From Hormiphora californensis (taxonomy: Eukaryota > Animalia > Ctenophora): DNA of 64,000 bases. The notes under the pieces were generated by a model that had not been told where the DNA came from, searched no databases, and saw only the letters and a program-made list of their open reading frames with translations. The DNA lies in contig CM035355.1 in the NCBI GenBank assembly GCA_020137815.1, forward strand, positions 3,410,001 to 3,474,000, given 5' to 3'. How positions within the stretch are numbered: position 1 is the stretch's first letter; the number at the start of each line of letters is the position of its first letter. This document shows, piece by piece, positions 62,009 through 64,000 of the stretch. A program made the translations under genes and the position numbers.

Positions 62009-64000
62009 ATGCTTCATGAATACTACAAACGGCCCCTTCCTCCCCCCTTGGAGCAGAGAGGCCTATTTTACTATTCAGTGAGTAGCACTGCGAACACAGC
62101 GGCATTGTGCAGCCAGGTAGTTTTCAGAAAACTCTCACTTTTTGTTGTAAACACATGCTAATTCTAGTTTGTTATGTTCTAACCCTCCCTTTACATTTGT
62201 AAAGGGTGCGGGGCGCCCGAAACACAGTCTAGCCAGGCAAATTTTAGTATAGAGTGGGTCGGATTTCTACATCTACTCTTTCCCTCATTTCACCTCAGCC
62301 TTCTTTCTGTTTAGGCCGCTATTCACTACTCCTGTACTCTTTCTTCAAATCCGTGTTCTCACACGTGTAAGCAAACTCTTGACTCTTGAGGGAAGATCAG
62401 TGAGTGTATTTTCCCATTGCAGCTGTTGCAATCTGTTTTGAAGTGGTTTGTTCATATACAACAATTGTACAATTACTATACAATTGTACAATTACTATAC
62501 AATTGTACAATTACTATACAATTGTACAATTACTATACAATTGTACAATTACTATACAATTGTACAATTACTATATTGCTTGAGATTAATTGTTATGTAA
62601 TTGTATGTAGCACGTAATAAAATAGTATGAACAATTACACTGTTCACTGAAGTTCTATATACAGCGGTCGTAACCCCTAATATATATTATATAGCGGTCG
62701 TAATAATGGCTTGAGATTAATTGTAGCACGTAATAAAATAGTATGAATTGAACAATTACACTGTTCACTGAAGTTCTATATATAGCGGTCGTAATAATGA
62801 CGGCGGAGGGGCGTTAACTCTGAATGCTTCTGTTTTCAAACTTGTTGACGGTAGTTTTAAATAGTGCTACAGCCCCACCCCCAGTCCTCCACCTCTAGTG
62901 TGTGTTTCTTTGCGAGTGCTGCAGCTCATATTAGTGTGATACCCATATTAGTGTGAGTGCTGCTCACTTGGGTATCACACAATATAGTCTTTCACTCATA
63001 ACGTATTTATGTTAGAACATCTCACATGTAGATTAACTCGCTCTATATCAAATTTCCTAGCCTCATAGAATAATAAAAGCTATATTAGATGACGCATAAT
63101 ATATGTCCTTTAGATCGCGTGAGTGGTAGCCCTTTCATTTTCCTAGTAGGTCTTTGTGCTAAAATAATTCTGTAAAGTGTGAATTTTAATAATTTTAGCG
63201 ATGTGACGAGACCCTGGATGATTTACCAAAACTTCCTATTGCAGATAACAGAATTACCTGGAAAGATCACATGTCCCAATATACTAGTTCACCAACTGAT
63301 AAGCCCCCACTACTCCAGAAGATTGCTTGACTTCTTGTGCCTCATTGTACAAAATATTATTCCTACATATATTCCTACTTGCTATGTTTGTAAAATATTG
63401 CTCGGTCGGCCTCACTTTACAATTTCTTGTCCCATTGCTTGCTTGATATTAGGTCGTGACCTGCTCTTTATGTTATTATACATAACATAAAAGACTAAAG
63501 AGCAGGTCACGACCTAATCACTAATATCAAGCAAACAATGCAGCCACCGCTCATATATTATATTTCTATAGCGTCATCATGATTCTGAGTTCAACAAAAC
63601 GTGAGATATGGAACATAGTGGTGGTGACAGTCATTCTAATGCTTCTAAACGCGTCATTCAACCCCGCTGCCTCCCTACTCAGTACTGCACTGGAGGATAG
63701 CCACTCAGGAATGGATTCCACCATTGGATACCTGAGCCAGAGTAAGTGCCGTTGAACATGGAGGGTGTGGGTAAGTGTAGACTGTTACAATAGCTGATCT
63801 ATAGGTATAGTTTGGGAGGATGCGGGTGAAATCCATCTTAGGAACTTCAATATGAAATATATCACTCTTTCTAAAACAAATCCCCCCTCTTCAGGTATAG
63901 TGTCCCTGGTTTCAGTACTAGGGGCCCTAGTTGCAGTCCCAGTCCGGCTGTTCCTAGGCTACAGACTAACCATCATAACCTCTGGTGTGCTCCACGCGGC
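62009..64000 (+). CDS. 5' part of a probable UNC-93/MFSD11-like MFS membrane protein (truncated by window edge)
   Basis: Phase-consistent exons 62009-62077 (tentative), 62299-62366, 63683-63741 and 63895-64000 give YSLLLYSFFKSVFSHVTALEDSHSGMDSTIGYLSQSIVSLVSVLGALVAVPVRLFLGYRLTIITSGVLHA. This resembles TM1-TM3 of UNC-93-like proteins from memory. Confidence 0.5.
62461..62574. repeat. 19-bp minisatellite ACAATTGTACAATTACTAT x6
   Basis: Counted directly. Confidence 0.97.
62578..62794. repeat. Imperfect tandem duplication, period about 130 bp
   Basis: GCTTGAGATTAATTGT..TAGCACGTAATAAAATAGTATGAA..AGCGGTCGTAA at 62578 and 62709. Confidence 0.85.
63433..63540. repeat. Imperfect inverted repeat (small MITE-like hairpin)
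   Basis: CATTGCTTGCTTGATATTAGGTCGTGACCTGCTCTTTA mirrored by TAAAGAGCAGGTCACGACCTAAT..TAATATCAAGCAAACAATG. Confidence 0.8.

Overview
Eukaryotic (animal) genomic DNA with short GT-AG introns, many (GA)n microsatellites and dense MITE-like elements. Two short repeats (28728-28831, 37811-37862) resemble, from memory only, repeats of the ctenophore Pleurobrachia, so a ctenophore origin is likely but unverified. Genes I could splice by hand: two tail-to-tail paralogous class A GPCRs (19329-22270 +, 22539-25430 -), a 15-exon cyclic-nucleotide-gated channel subunit (30857-38715 -), ATPAF1/ATP11 (50619-57982 -) and the 5' part of a probable UNC-93/MFSD11-like transporter running off the right edge. 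A decayed RTE-clade LINE lies at about 39694-42690. Two large non-coding structures stand out. (1) 4172-11664 is a palindrome of palindromes: a 6.4-kb inverted repeat whose arms each contain a 2.2-kb inverted repeat. Every fold point falls inside a MITE, and only the outermost MITE arms keep diverged sequence, which points to MITE-hairpin-guided fold-back amplification or to a fold-back read artefact. (2) 51999-57622 is a 5.6-kb TIR-bounded element in ATPAF1 intron 1, filled with a 10-bp TAATTAGCGC satellite arranged as 145-165-bp higher-order units that reverse orientation mid-element. Most ORFs in the supplied track are microsatellite or repeat artefacts. No database searches were run; family calls rest on motif recognition.
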